From Candidatus Cloacimonadota bacterium (GTDB lineage Bacteria; Cloacimonadota; Cloacimonadia; Cloacimonadales; TCS61): 64,000 nt of DNA. The stretch covers positions 1,836 to 65,835 of the forward strand of contig JAGGWK010000016.1 in the NCBI GenBank assembly GCA_021157525.1, in the 5' to 3' direction. A model generated the notes under the pieces. The model made no database searches. It saw only the letters and a list, made by a program, of their open reading frames with translations, and was not told the DNA's origin. The position numbers and the translations under genes are program-made. Shown in pieces: positions 16,875 through 27,279 of this stretch; the stretch's first letter is position 1, and each line of letters starts with the position of its first letter.

Positions 16875-19856
16875 ATGAAGCAGTTTAGTGTAATTGTGCT
16901 ATTATTGATCGTGGGCCTGTTGCCCGCGCAAATGTATTGGGAAAACGATGGTTTGCCGGTGAGGCAGGGAGTGAATATTGAGTGGTTCCGGTCTTCTGCA
17001 CAAGTGGGCACCGATATCGTTTATGGATGGTCTGATACCCGTCGCGGCGACCGCGACATCTGGGCTCAGCGTATCGATAGCGACGGCAACTCGGTGTGGC
17101 AGGACGGCGGTGTAATGATCAACGGCTATGTTAACCGCCAGGAAGACATCGTGCTTATCCCGGTGGGAAATGACGAAGTGATCTGTGCCTGGATAGACTT
17201 CCGCAATGGCGATGACGGTGACGTCTATGCTCAAAAGCTGGATGGCACCGGTAACCTGATGTGGAATGCTGAAGGTGTGCCGCTGTGCCTCGATCCTGAC
17301 GAACAAATTTCTCTTAATATCGTGAGCGACGACAATGGCGGCGCCTTCGTGATATGGATAGACAGCCGTAATTCCGGTGGTGTGGACATCTTTGGTACTC
17401 ATATTCTGGCAAACGGCACCATCGCCGCAGGGTGGGACGTAAATGGTAATTCCATCGTGGCCGAAAGTGGCCCTCAAAACGGCCATACCTTCTGGGAAGA
17501 TGGCAATGGCGGTGCCGTGCTTGCATGGCATGACGAACGGGATCCCAATAACCCGAGCATTTACATGCAGCGTATCGCACCGGATGGCACTCTGATGTGG
17601 AATGCCGGCGGCAACGAATTGTGCGTGGTAAACGGCGAGCAAACCAATGTAAAAATGGCTCTCCTCACCAATGGAAACATGTTTTTTACCTGGCGTGACA
17701 AACGCTCTGATGCCGACGGAAATCTCTATTGCCGCGCGGTTGCCTTGGATGGCACCTTTGTGTATGACGAAACAGTGGTGTACGCAGGCAGTGGTATTCA
17801 GCGTAACCCCCGTGCTGCTTCAGGTTCGGATGGCAGCGCCTTTGTGGTGTGGGAAGATGGTCGAAGTGACTTTTATTTCAAAGACATTTATGCTCAGAAG
17901 ATAAATGCCGACGGTTCCCTTGCCTGGGATCCAGCCGGTGTGGTAGTGAGTGATGCCGATAATGATCAGCTGAATCCCCGGCTTTTTGGGGATGATAGCG
18001 GCGGAACCTGGATCATCTGGGATGACGCCCGAGGATCTGGTTACCCCGAATTGGACATCTATGTGCAACACCTCAATGCCGATGGGAGCCCACAATTAAC
18101 CGCCAATGGTCAATTGCTGTGCAATGCCCCCGGAGAACAATTTGCTCCCCTTATCAAGGATGCAGGGAATGGACGGATTTATGCCAATTGGGGCGATAAC
18201 CGTACCGGCTCTACCGGTATTTACCTGCAGATTTTAGATAGCAATGGCAACGAACTGCTCGGAGCCAATGGCGAAGAACTCTGGTATGGCCTCTGCGGCG
18301 ATGCGATAAATTATCAACTGCTCATTGCCGATGAAAAACCGGTGATAACCTGGATAGATACACGTAAATCAGTAATCGCTAACCAGATTTATATGCAGGT
18401 ACTCAATCCCGATGGCACAAACATCCTCACTCCCGATGGAGAACCGATAACCAACATGACCAACTACAATCAGGAAAACATGGATGTGGTCTATGGCAAC
18501 GGGTTGGTCGCTGCATCATGGGAAGAAAATCGTGGAGACTTCAAACAGATCTATGCTCAGGCGGTAGATTTGAACAATAACTACATTTGGTCTGCCGATA
18601 CCGGCCTGTTGGTGGGTGACGTGTATGCTCAGCAAGAATTCACCAAGATTGATGCAAGTGGCGACAATTTTAACATCGGCTGGTCGGATTATCGCGACTG
18701 GATGAACGGCTTTGAAATCTACGGCCAGAAAATTGACGCCGATGGCAATCTGCTGTGGGGCGCCGAAGGCAAACTTATTGCATCCAATGCAGGTGACGAT
18801 GTACTGGCTGATGTGGTGGGAAATTACTACATCTGGCAAGGTGGTGACCTCTATGACCAGGATATCTATGTGAAAAAAGTGGATGACGATGGTAACACCG
18901 CAGCAGGATGGCCGGCTGCCGGCTTGGTAGTGTGTGCTGCGCCAGACAATCAGGAAAAAGCATCCGGTATGATGACTCCTGACGGATTGCTGATCGTGTG
19001 GCGGGATAAGCGGGATGGAAACTTTGATATCTATGGCCAGATTGTTCAGCCTGACGGCACCTTCTTATGGACCGATGATGGCCTGCCTCTGGTTCAGGTA
19101 GAAAACGATCAGGATAATTTCCAGTTTGTCTATTCCACAGATATCGCAATGGTATGGGAAGATTTTCGCAACGGTGTTTACTACGACATCTACATGCAGC
19201 GCTTTAATGACAACGGTGCAGAATTATGGCAGGAAGATGGCATCAGCGTGATACAGAAAAACAGCGACCAAGTGTCACCTGCTATCACCACAGACGGCGA
19301 GTTTTACTTTGTTTTCTGGGAAGATTACTCCATCGAATCTGAATCCAATCTCTATGGACAGAAATTTACCCTTGATGGCACCAAGTGGTGGAATCCCGAT
19401 GGCAAACTGATCAGTGACGCCATCCGTAACCAAAATGCGCCGGTAGCTCATACCGATGGTAACGGTAACATCTATGTGATCTGGGAAGATACCCGCTCCA
19501 GCGGCAAAACCGATATCTACAACATCTATGCGCAAAAAATCGATGTGGATACGTCGGTTCATCCCAATGAGCCAGCTCCGGCAAACCATGTGATTTCCCA
19601 AAACTATCCAAATCCCTTCAATGGCAACACCAGCATCTCCTTCGATCTGAACCAAAGCATCTATCCCGGTGCTCAGCTGAAAATATACAATGTTCGTGGT
19701 CAGCTGGTGCGCAATCTGCAACCGGCCGGCAACAGCAATTTCAGCTGGGATGGCCGTGATAACAAAGGTTCAGCAGTTGCCGAAGGCATTTATATGTATC
19801 GTCTTGAAGCCGATTCCTTTACATCGGCACCCCGTAAAATGGTTCTTTTGAAATAG
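16875..19856 (+). CDS. secreted repeat protein (about 16 propeller-blade-like repeats) with a T9SS C-terminal sorting domain
   Basis: Signal peptide. There are 16 copies of a unit of ~55-60 aa centred on D-I-Y-A-Q-K-I-D-x-D-G-x-x-x-W. The tail is QNYPNPFNGNTS...RKMVLLK. Confidence 0.8.
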   Translation: MKQFSVIVLLLIVGLLPAQMYWENDGLPVRQGVNIEWFRSSAQVGTDIVYGWSDTRRGDRDIWAQRIDSDGNSVWQDGGVMINGYVNRQEDIVLIPVGNDEVICAWIDFRNGDDGDVYAQKLDGTGNLMWNAEGVPLCLDPDEQISLNIVSDDNGGAFVIWIDSRNSGGVDIFGTHILANGTIAAGWDVNGNSIVAESGPQNGHTFWEDGNGGAVLAWHDERDPNNPSIYMQRIAPDGTLMWNAGGNELCVVNGEQTNVKMALLTNGNMFFTWRDKRSDADGNLYCRAVALDGTFVYDETVVYAGSGIQRNPRAASGSDGSAFVVWEDGRSDFYFKDIYAQKINADGSLAWDPAGVVVSDADNDQLNPRLFGDDSGGTWIIWDDARGSGYPELDIYVQHLNADGSPQLTANGQLLCNAPGEQFAPLIKDAGNGRIYANWGDNRTGSTGIYLQILDSNGNELLGANGEELWYGLCGDAINYQLLIADEKPVITWIDTRKSVIANQIYMQVLNPDGTNILTPDGEPITNMTNYNQENMDVVYGNGLVAASWEENRGDFKQIYAQAVDLNNNYIWSADTGLLVGDVYAQQEFTKIDASGDNFNIGWSDYRDWMNGFEIYGQKIDADGNLLWGAEGKLIASNAGDDVLADVVGNYYIWQGGDLYDQDIYVKKVDDDGNTAAGWPAAGLVVCAAPDNQEKASGMMTPDGLLIVWRDKRDGNFDIYGQIVQPDGTFLWTDDGLPLVQVENDQDNFQFVYSTDIAMVWEDFRNGVYYDIYMQRFNDNGAELWQEDGISVIQKNSDQVSPAITTDGEFYFVFWEDYSIESESNLYGQKFTLDGTKWWNPDGKLISDAIRNQNAPVAHTDGNGNIYVIWEDTRSSGKTDIYNIYAQKIDVDTSVHPNEPAPANHVISQNYPNPFNGNTSISFDLNQSIYPGAQLKIYNVRGQLVRNLQPAGNSNFSWDGRDNKGSAVAEGIYMYRLEADSFTSAPRKMVLLK
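16935..19550 (+). repeat. in-frame tandem array of ~16 diverged coding repeats (period ~165-180 nt)
   Basis: Motif series: DIWAQRIDSDGNSVW, DVYAQKLDGTGNLMW, SIYMQRIAPDGTLMW, DIYAQKINADGSLAW, DIYVQHLNADGSP, GIYLQILDSNGNE, QIYMQVLNPDGTN, EIYGQKIDADGNLLW, DIYGQIVQPDGTFLW, DIYMQRFNDNGAELW, NLYGQKFTLDGTKWW, NIYAQKID and others. Confidence 0.7.
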
Positions 19857-19864
19857 GAGTTGGG

Positions 19865-22159
19865 ATGAAAAAACTTATCCTCCTTGCGATTCTTGCGGTA
19901 GCCTGCTCCCTTATCTGGGGGCAGGTTTCCCTGGATCCACGTTATCATACCTACCAGGAAATAAAAACCGAAATAGATTCTCTTGCTGCTCTCTACCCGG
20001 AATTGGTAATGGTCGATTCCATCGGTGTTACCCATACCGACAACCTTCCCATCTGGGCTGTAAAACTCTCGGATAACGTAACGGACGACGAAGATGAGCC
20101 GGCCGTACTTTATGTGGGCCAGTGCCATGCCGAAGAAGTATTGGGCAACGAGATCGTGATGTATATGATCAAAGATATTCTGGATCACCGGATGATGCAG
20201 CCCTATGCCTATTGGCTGCAATATCTGGAAGTGTGGTTCATCCCCACCATCAATCCAGAAGGATTACAGGTAGTGATGGATGGCTTGGATACTGCCTACC
20301 GTAAAAACAAAACCGATTGCAACGAAAACGGCACGTTCCTGGAAAACATCGATTATGAGGTGGGCCCGGGAAATGACGAAGATGGGGTAGATCCCAATCG
20401 CAATTATGCTTTTAACTGGATTCATGGAGATACCCTGTGGTGTCCCTATGGTGAAGAAACCTATGATTATTATCGTGGCCCATATCCGTTCTCCGAAGGC
20501 GGAACCCAGGCCGTTCGCGATCTTGCATCGCAACAGCATTTTCTCTATTCCATCAACTGGCATTCATCCCGAACCGGAAATTTCTCGGAACAGCTTTTTT
20601 ATCCTTATCAATGGACAGATACCAAAAAAGCGGTGGATTTTGAATATAACAAACTTATCGGCGAAACAGTTGCCGGGCTAATCGTGCGGGAAACCCCTAC
20701 CGGCAGCCAGCAATACTATGAACCGTCACCATCTATGAATCACAAAGGATCGGCGCACGAGTGGTTTTATCAGGCCCACGGAACAGTGCAGTTGCTCATA
20801 GAATGTGGTACAAACAATCTGCAGCCCGCTGCTCCCCTGGTAGATGACACCTGCCAGCGGAACAGCGTGGGCGCCTATTGGTTGCTGAATAAAGCTCTTG
20901 GCGCTCAGGTAGATTCTCCCATGATTACCGGACACATCACCTCCGCTTCCACTGGTCAGCCTTTGGTAGCCGAGGTTGTGGTGGAGGAAAAGCACTCATC
21001 GTTTTTTGCTCCCCGCCTTAGTGATGAACTCTATGGCCGCTACTGGCGTCCCATCATGCCGGGAACCTACACTGTTCAGATCTCAAAAACCGGTTATGAA
21101 ACTCAGGTTTTTACCAATGTAACGGTTAACAATTCCGGCGCTACAACGATTGACGCCCAGCTGGTTCCTCTGGCTGCCGCCACTCTGCAAGGCACCATCA
21201 CCTCTTCATTACCCCTCAATGACGTGACCATCACCCTGATGGATGACGAGCCGATAACGGTGATGGCTGATCCCAGCGGCGCTTTCCAACTGGATTATTT
21301 TGCAGGTGAGTATCCCCTGCAAATCACGGCACCCGGCACGGTTCCAATCCTTACTTCCGTTACTCTGGATGCAGGAGCCAATAGCCTGGATGCAACTCTT
21401 TTGGCCGAAGAAGTAATATTTAGCGAAGATTGGACAGAAGGCTTTGCCGACTGGGGAACTTCCGGGCCCTGGGTGATAAACATCAATCCCGATACAGGAC
21501 AGCACTATGTGGATGACTCTGCTGATCCCTTTTATGATAACTATCTGGATGCCCGGTTGTGGACAGCCAACATAAACACTCATGGCGCATCCGATGACAT
21601 GGTGCTGATGATCGAACAAAAGTATTACACCGAATGGGACGAAGACTTTTGCTACATCGACATCTCCACCGATGGCCAAAACTGGGATGAGCTGGCATCC
21701 TATACCGGACAAAAAGATTACTGGCACACCGTGCTCTTCGACCTGGGTGACTATACCGAAGAAAACGTCCGCCTGCGCTTCCGTCTGGTTACCGACTCTT
21801 CCCTCAATGATCCCGGCTGGTCTGTCGGCAATGTGCGCATTGTGGCTTCCACCGGCGCAAATACCCCCCAGATACCAGCGGCTACAACCCTTCTGCAGGG
21901 AAATTACCCAAATCCCTTCAATCCCGAAACAATCATTCGCTTCTCTCTGGCAACTGCCGGGGATGTGAAACTGAATATTTACAATCTGAAAGGGCAAAAA
22001 ATACGCACGCTGGTGGATGACGAACTGCCGGTAGCAGAGCACGCCATCCTGTGGGACGGTGTGGACGACACCCATAAAAAGGTGGCATCCGGCGTGTATT
22101 TTTATACCCTCAAAACCGGGGATTACCGTTCCACGAAAAAAATGCTGTTAATAAAATAG
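19865..22159 (+). CDS. M14-family zinc carboxypeptidase with a CarboxypepD_reg-like domain, a jelly-roll (MAM-like) domain and a T9SS C-terminal sorting domain
   Basis: HTYQEIKTEIDSL, zinc motif CHAEE (HxxE), NPEG, YRKNK, GVDPNRNY, INWHS and LLIECG (catalytic Glu context). The tail is GNYPNPFNPETI...KKMLLIK. Confidence 0.85.
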   Translation: MKKLILLAILAVACSLIWGQVSLDPRYHTYQEIKTEIDSLAALYPELVMVDSIGVTHTDNLPIWAVKLSDNVTDDEDEPAVLYVGQCHAEEVLGNEIVMYMIKDILDHRMMQPYAYWLQYLEVWFIPTINPEGLQVVMDGLDTAYRKNKTDCNENGTFLENIDYEVGPGNDEDGVDPNRNYAFNWIHGDTLWCPYGEETYDYYRGPYPFSEGGTQAVRDLASQQHFLYSINWHSSRTGNFSEQLFYPYQWTDTKKAVDFEYNKLIGETVAGLIVRETPTGSQQYYEPSPSMNHKGSAHEWFYQAHGTVQLLIECGTNNLQPAAPLVDDTCQRNSVGAYWLLNKALGAQVDSPMITGHITSASTGQPLVAEVVVEEKHSSFFAPRLSDELYGRYWRPIMPGTYTVQISKTGYETQVFTNVTVNNSGATTIDAQLVPLAAATLQGTITSSLPLNDVTITLMDDEPITVMADPSGAFQLDYFAGEYPLQITAPGTVPILTSVTLDAGANSLDATLLAEEVIFSEDWTEGFADWGTSGPWVININPDTGQHYVDDSADPFYDNYLDARLWTANINTHGASDDMVLMIEQKYYTEWDEDFCYIDISTDGQNWDELASYTGQKDYWHTVLFDLGDYTEENVRLRFRLVTDSSLNDPGWSVGNVRIVASTGANTPQIPAATTLLQGNYPNPFNPETIIRFSLATAGDVKLNIYNLKGQKIRTLVDDELPVAEHAILWDGVDDTHKKVASGVYFYTLKTGDYRSTKKMLLIK

Positions 22160-22171
22160 AGTGAGGACTAT

Positions 22172-25100
22172 ATGAAAAAACTGACATTCCTGGCCATCGC
22201 GTTGCTTCTTATCGCAGGCTTGGCGGCCCGTTTTGAGTTTACCGGTGACGATGCCCAATTGCAGTTCACCTACTATAATGATGACTTGCAGGATACCAGA
22301 GATGCCGAAGTGGCTATCGTGGCACTGCCTGCTACCGACGTAACCATCTCTGTGGATCAGGCCCAATGTGCCATCTACGACGCTGCGGGAAATTACCTGC
22401 GAGACGAAACCCTGCGTGGTGACGACGTGGTAGAGATCACCGATCACTTTGTGATGCGGGAACTCTATGGCCACACATTGCGGGTAAATAAAGTGCGTCA
22501 GACCGATGACCTGAAAATCGTGGTAAAATCGGTAGAGGGTCAGATGCAGGCTGCATCCAGACTGGACGTTCCCGCTTCCGTGTCTCAAGCTTTTTTGCAA
22601 GTGTATAAAAACACGGTAGATAACTTTGATATTTCTTATCTTTCCCGTGCCGAAGTAGCGCCATCCCGAATGCTGATAATTACACCTTCGGGGCTGGAGC
22701 AGTATGTTCAGCAGTTGGCTCAATGGAAAAATCAGCGGGGCGTACTTACGGAAATCGTTCATCTGGAAGACGTTGGTACTACAAATGTGGAAATCAAAAA
22801 TTATATCCAAAATGTGTATAATACGCAGGATACACCTCCGGATCATCTGCTCATTATCGGTGATGTGGATATGCCATACTCCTTTCCCACTTTCCTCATC
22901 GACGGCAATGTGGGACGTGAGATGGATGTAACCGACCTTCCTTATACGTTGTTGGATGGCACCGATTATTTCCCTGAGATGATCTATGGCCGGATCTCGG
23001 TGGATGCTCCCATGGAGATGATGATCGTCATCAACAAAATTCTCAACTACGAAAAAACGCCCTACATGGATGATCCGGACTGGTTTGAACGAGCCCTGGT
23101 TGTGGCTGGAAACTTCAGTAATTCACCACCTGTCCCCACCACTCCTGTATCAGTGAGCCGATGGTTGAAAGAAAAATTTGTGGATTATGGGTATCAGCAG
23201 GTGGATGAAGTGTATTATCCACCTACCGCCAACGGCGTGGTTCCCATCTCTAATGCCTTGGATAACGGTGTGGGATTTGTCACCTATCGGGGCTGGGGAA
23301 ATGCCCACGGCTGGAATTATCCCTATTTCCACGAAGAAGATGTAAACAATCTGAACAACGGCTGGAAATTACCGGTGATGACCTCTGTGGTCTGTAACAC
23401 CGGTGACTTTGGGAATATCAACGTGGATCCCTGTTTTGGTGAAAAATGGCTCCGTGCCGGTACCACACCCACCTCTCCAAAGGGCGGTGTGGCTTTTGTT
23501 GGCCCATCCGACCTTCATACCAGTACCAGGCTCAATAACAGCATTTTTGCCGGTTTCTGGACTGGCGTATTGGATGAAGGTATCCGTGAATTCGGCGTTG
23601 CCGTACTCCGTGGAAAGATGGAATTATACCGTAATTTCCCCAACGATCAAGGGGCAGACGGTTATGTGAATTTCTATTTTCACGTGTATAACGTTATCGC
23701 AGATCCCAGCCTGATGATGTGGACGAAAACCCCACAACCCATTACAGCATCCCTGCCTGCCTCAGTTACCATAGGAACCAATCTTATCACCATAGATCTT
23801 CCCGGACTGGACGGTGCCGTTGCTACCGCCTACAAGCAGGATGAATATTGCAATGCCGTGACAGTGGAAAATGGCGTAGCTTATCTTCCGCTAAATTCTA
23901 CTACTGAGGGTGAGGTGATCGTTACCATCACCAAACCGGATTATCTGCCTCTGGAAACCACTATCCCAATCACTCAGGAAGCAGAAGATATTGGCGTGTC
24001 AGACATTTCACCTCAGGGAGATGTAATTGCCGGCACCACTGTGGATGTAGCCATTACTCTGCAAAACTATGGAACCAGCGCTGTGAGTGGCGTAACAGCT
24101 AACCTCAGCACCGATAATGCCTTGGCTGTGGTGCAAACGACTTCCGCATCTTACGGCGATATCGCCGCCGGAGCCAGCGCAACGCAAAACTTCACGATAG
24201 CCCTGGATCCCCAGATTCCCGATAACATGGCCATTATCTTTGACGTGGAAATCCCCGGATTTGGCCCGGCAAAATTTTCCCTTCACGTAGGTAGCCTGGC
24301 TTTCGACGTTACATCGGTAGTGGTAAATGATGCCAATGGCGTGCTTGATCCCGGCGATACCGCCGACATCACCGTCACTCTGAAAAATATCGGCAGCTTC
24401 GATACCACTGTGGATGCCGCTTTGACGGCCATCACCACCGGCGCTGAAGTAACTCAGGCAAACGGCGGAAATCACACCGTTGCCGTGGGGGCCAGCTTCG
24501 ACGCTACTTTCACGGTTCATGTGTTTGTTGACTGCTACATAGGCAGATCCCTTCCCTTTGATGTGGAGCTTACTTCCAGTAGTGCACAACAATCTGTCGC
24601 CCGGGTAAACCTTACTGCCGGTATTATTGATAATACTGCTCCCACCGGCCACGACTGGTATGGTTACTGGGCCTATGACAGCAACGATACCGACTTTGAT
24701 CAGGCGCCTGTGTATGAATGGCACGAAACTGATCCGGAAAATGGCGGGAGTGGCTCAGTTATCAGCCTGACAGATGACGACACCCAGTCCATTCCACTGC
24801 CCTTCCCATTTACCTACTACGGCAATGAATATGACAGCCTGAGTGTGTGCTCCAATGGCTGGGTTTCTTTTGAGACCACTTGGTATCACGACTTTACAAA
24901 CTGGACGATTCCCTGCCCGCTGGGACCATACGCCATGATCGCCGCCTATTGGGATGACCTGAAAGGCGAAAGCTATATGGTGGGTGACAGCACTTTCTGG
25001 CATGATATCCGTGTAACCTACGACTATCTGGAAAGCGACAATATCTTTGTTATCCAATGGAACGATCTGTACAACAGGCTGGATGACGTTACCGAATATG

Positions 25101-25654
25101 CCTTCCAGCTGGTGCTTTACGATCCGGCTCATTATCCGGTGCAAAGTGGTGATGGCATTATTCAGGTGAACTACCAATCCATCAACAACCCGGATAACGA
25201 AAATAACTACACGACCGTAGGAGTAGAAAATGCCAACCAGCAAGATGGTCTCCTCTATACCTTCGCCAATATCTATCAGCCGGGAGCATCGGAATTAGCC
25301 AACAACATGGCCATCCGCTTTACTACTGAAGCTCCCGATGGATACACCCCGGCAGGGCATACCACCGTCCCGGCTGCTCTGGTAACCCTCCAACAAAATT
25401 ATCCCAATCCGTTTAATCCCGTTACTACCATCAGCTATTCCATACAGGATGCAGGAAACGTGGAGCTTATCGTGTACAATGTTCGTGGCGAGAAAGTGCG
25501 CACCCTCGTGCAGGAAACAATGGAAGCCGGCACCCACAAAGTGGTGTGGAACGGTATAGATGATAACGAAAATGCTGTGGCCAGTGGCATCTATTTCTAT
25601 CGCATCGTCACAAAAAACAGCTCAATCACCAAAAAAAGTCTGTTATTGAAGTAG
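22172..25654 (+). CDS. secreted gingipain-like peptidase C25 family protein with CARDB-like domains, one NIDO-like module and a T9SS C-terminal sorting domain
   Basis: MLIITPSG, IKNYIQNVY, HLLIIGD, TDLPYTLLDG, IYGRISV, YRGWGNAHGW and SVVCNTGDF. The tail is QQNYPNPFNPVTT...KKSLLLK. It is a paralog of 11922..16862. Confidence 0.85.
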   Translation: MKKLTFLAIALLLIAGLAARFEFTGDDAQLQFTYYNDDLQDTRDAEVAIVALPATDVTISVDQAQCAIYDAAGNYLRDETLRGDDVVEITDHFVMRELYGHTLRVNKVRQTDDLKIVVKSVEGQMQAASRLDVPASVSQAFLQVYKNTVDNFDISYLSRAEVAPSRMLIITPSGLEQYVQQLAQWKNQRGVLTEIVHLEDVGTTNVEIKNYIQNVYNTQDTPPDHLLIIGDVDMPYSFPTFLIDGNVGREMDVTDLPYTLLDGTDYFPEMIYGRISVDAPMEMMIVINKILNYEKTPYMDDPDWFERALVVAGNFSNSPPVPTTPVSVSRWLKEKFVDYGYQQVDEVYYPPTANGVVPISNALDNGVGFVTYRGWGNAHGWNYPYFHEEDVNNLNNGWKLPVMTSVVCNTGDFGNINVDPCFGEKWLRAGTTPTSPKGGVAFVGPSDLHTSTRLNNSIFAGFWTGVLDEGIREFGVAVLRGKMELYRNFPNDQGADGYVNFYFHVYNVIADPSLMMWTKTPQPITASLPASVTIGTNLITIDLPGLDGAVATAYKQDEYCNAVTVENGVAYLPLNSTTEGEVIVTITKPDYLPLETTIPITQEAEDIGVSDISPQGDVIAGTTVDVAITLQNYGTSAVSGVTANLSTDNALAVVQTTSASYGDIAAGASATQNFTIALDPQIPDNMAIIFDVEIPGFGPAKFSLHVGSLAFDVTSVVVNDANGVLDPGDTADITVTLKNIGSFDTTVDAALTAITTGAEVTQANGGNHTVAVGASFDATFTVHVFVDCYIGRSLPFDVELTSSSAQQSVARVNLTAGIIDNTAPTGHDWYGYWAYDSNDTDFDQAPVYEWHETDPENGGSGSVISLTDDDTQSIPLPFPFTYYGNEYDSLSVCSNGWVSFETTWYHDFTNWTIPCPLGPYAMIAAYWDDLKGESYMVGDSTFWHDIRVTYDYLESDNIFVIQWNDLYNRLDDVTEYAFQLVLYDPAHYPVQSGDGIIQVNYQSINNPDNENNYTTVGVENANQQDGLLYTFANIYQPGASELANNMAIRFTTEAPDGYTPAGHTTVPAALVTLQQNYPNPFNPVTTISYSIQDAGNVELIVYNVRGEKVRTLVQETMEAGTHKVVWNGIDDNENAVASGIYFYRIVTKNSSITKKSLLLK

Positions 25655-25661
25655 AGAAATT

Positions 25662-26828
25662 ATGCTGGGATTAATACTGGGATTATTCTTATTGATTGGT
25701 TTTGCCAGTGTGGAATATCATCGGCACCTATACTATCGTAGCCGGATTCCCCATGTTGTGCATATTAACGGCACCCGAGGCAAATCCAGTGTAACCCGTT
25801 TGATCGCCGCCGGACTTCGTGCCGGCGGCCTGAAAACTATAGCCAAGACCACCGGGTCGGCACCGCGCCTGATCTTTGAATCGGGCAATGAAACACCGAT
25901 TAAACGGCATTTCGGAGCCAATATCAAAGAGCAGCTCAAGATTATCAAGTATGCATCCAAACGAGATGCCGAAGTACTGGTGCTGGAATGCATGGCCGTT
26001 ACCCCGGAATATCAGTGGGTGGCCGAACACAAAATGGTACGCTCCACCGTGGGGGTAATGACCAATTGCCGCCTGGATCACCTGGATGTGATGGGACCCG
26101 GCCTGAGAAATTGCACCCTCTCACTGTGCAATACTATTCCCACCAACGGCAAAATGTTCACCTCGGAAAACTATGTTTTTCCATTGATGAAGAAAGTGGC
26201 GGATAAACAGGGAACCGAGATTTTCTATGCTGATCCCAGGACGATCAGTGATGAGGAGATGCAGGGCTTTAATCACATCGAGCACAAAGAAAATGTTTCT
26301 CTGGCTCTGGATGTGTGCGCTCAGTTTGGTGTGCCTCGCAAGGTTGCTCTGGAGGGGATGTATAAAGCAATCCCGGATATCGGAGCTACCGAAGTGTTTC
26401 ATTATACTAAGCATCATAAAGATGTGCTTTTTGCCCACTCCTTTGCCGCCAATGATCCACAGTCAACTCGGGTGCTGCTGCAATACATCCCCAAGCTTTA
26501 TAAGGATATCGATGCCATCTCGCTGGTGCTGAACACTCGTGCAGATCGTATCTATCGTTCGAAGCAGCTTATCGATATGCTGGCAGATATGGATTTTGAT
26601 CAGTTGATATTGGTGGGACAGCAAACCAATGCCATGCGTCAATATGCAGCCCAACGAAAGATTCCGATGAACAAAGTGCATGACATCGGCTGGGCTACGG
26701 GAGATGAAGTGGCGGAAGAGGCCATGAAAATAAAGGCATCCAGAATATTGCTGTTTGGCATTGGAAACATCGGTGGCAACGGTGGATTAATAGTAGATTT
26801 TTTCAAAGAGAGGAATACAAATGTTTGA
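25662..26828 (+). CDS. pgsB: poly-gamma-glutamate synthase PgsB/CapB (Mur-ligase-like amide ligase)
   Basis: It is collinear with Bacillus PgsB as I recall it: N-terminal TM, INGTRGKSSVTRL (P-loop), KTTGS, PIKR, ECMAV.PEYQ, DHLDVMGP, FAANDPQST, NTRADR and GIGNIGG. Confidence 0.9.
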   Translation: MLGLILGLFLLIGFASVEYHRHLYYRSRIPHVVHINGTRGKSSVTRLIAAGLRAGGLKTIAKTTGSAPRLIFESGNETPIKRHFGANIKEQLKIIKYASKRDAEVLVLECMAVTPEYQWVAEHKMVRSTVGVMTNCRLDHLDVMGPGLRNCTLSLCNTIPTNGKMFTSENYVFPLMKKVADKQGTEIFYADPRTISDEEMQGFNHIEHKENVSLALDVCAQFGVPRKVALEGMYKAIPDIGATEVFHYTKHHKDVLFAHSFAANDPQSTRVLLQYIPKLYKDIDAISLVLNTRADRIYRSKQLIDMLADMDFDQLILVGQQTNAMRQYAAQRKIPMNKVHDIGWATGDEVAEEAMKIKASRILLFGIGNIGGNGGLIVDFFKERNTNV

Positions 26829-27270
26829 AGTAGCAATTGGCTTAGGTGTGCTGATCAGTCTGTTTTTTCTGGAAACCTTTGGCGCGGCAGCAGGGGGTAT
26901 TGTGGTGGCCGGATATGTGGCCATGTATTTGCATCAACCCTGGACCATTGCCGCCACCCTGATCATTAGCCTTTTGGTGTTTTTAATCGTAAAATTGCTG
27001 AGCAAAGTGATGTTTATGTATGGCCGTCGCCGCATGGTGATTTCTGTATTATTGGGCTTCATCCTGGGATGGGCAGCCCGTACGTACGGCCTCTTCTTTT
27101 TCTTGCCAGCCGACTATTCGGTGAACGTCATCGGCTTTATTATTCCCGGGCTTATCGCTAATTCCATGGAGCGCCAGGGTGCGCTTAAAACCCTCTCCAT
27201 CATGACTGTTGCAGCGGTGCTGGTGCGCCTGATCCTGGTGGTGTTGTTCGCCGGCAAATTAATCGGATAG
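26821..27270 (+). CDS. pgsC: poly-gamma-glutamate biosynthesis membrane protein PgsC/CapC
   Basis: A 149-aa multi-TM protein with GGIVVAGYVAMYL, MYGRRRM and GFIIPGLIANSMERQG, matching the Bacillus PgsC pattern. It overlaps pgsB by 8 nt. Confidence 0.9.
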   Translation: MFEVAIGLGVLISLFFLETFGAAAGGIVVAGYVAMYLHQPWTIAATLIISLLVFLIVKLLSKVMFMYGRRRMVISVLLGFILGWAARTYGLFFFLPADYSVNVIGFIIPGLIANSMERQGALKTLSIMTVAAVLVRLILVVLFAGKLIG

Positions 27271-27279
27271 GAGAGAAGA

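Noticed and set aside
16902-17642. 246-aa minus-strand ORF
   Set aside because: It is antisense to the repeat-protein gene. The plus frame shows a 16-fold repeat periodicity that the minus frame lacks.
21209-22075. 288-aa minus-strand ORF
   Set aside because: It is antisense to the M14 peptidase C-terminal domains and sorting tail.
24008-24724. 238-aa minus-strand ORF, and 24755-25243
   Set aside because: They are antisense to the second C25 gene.
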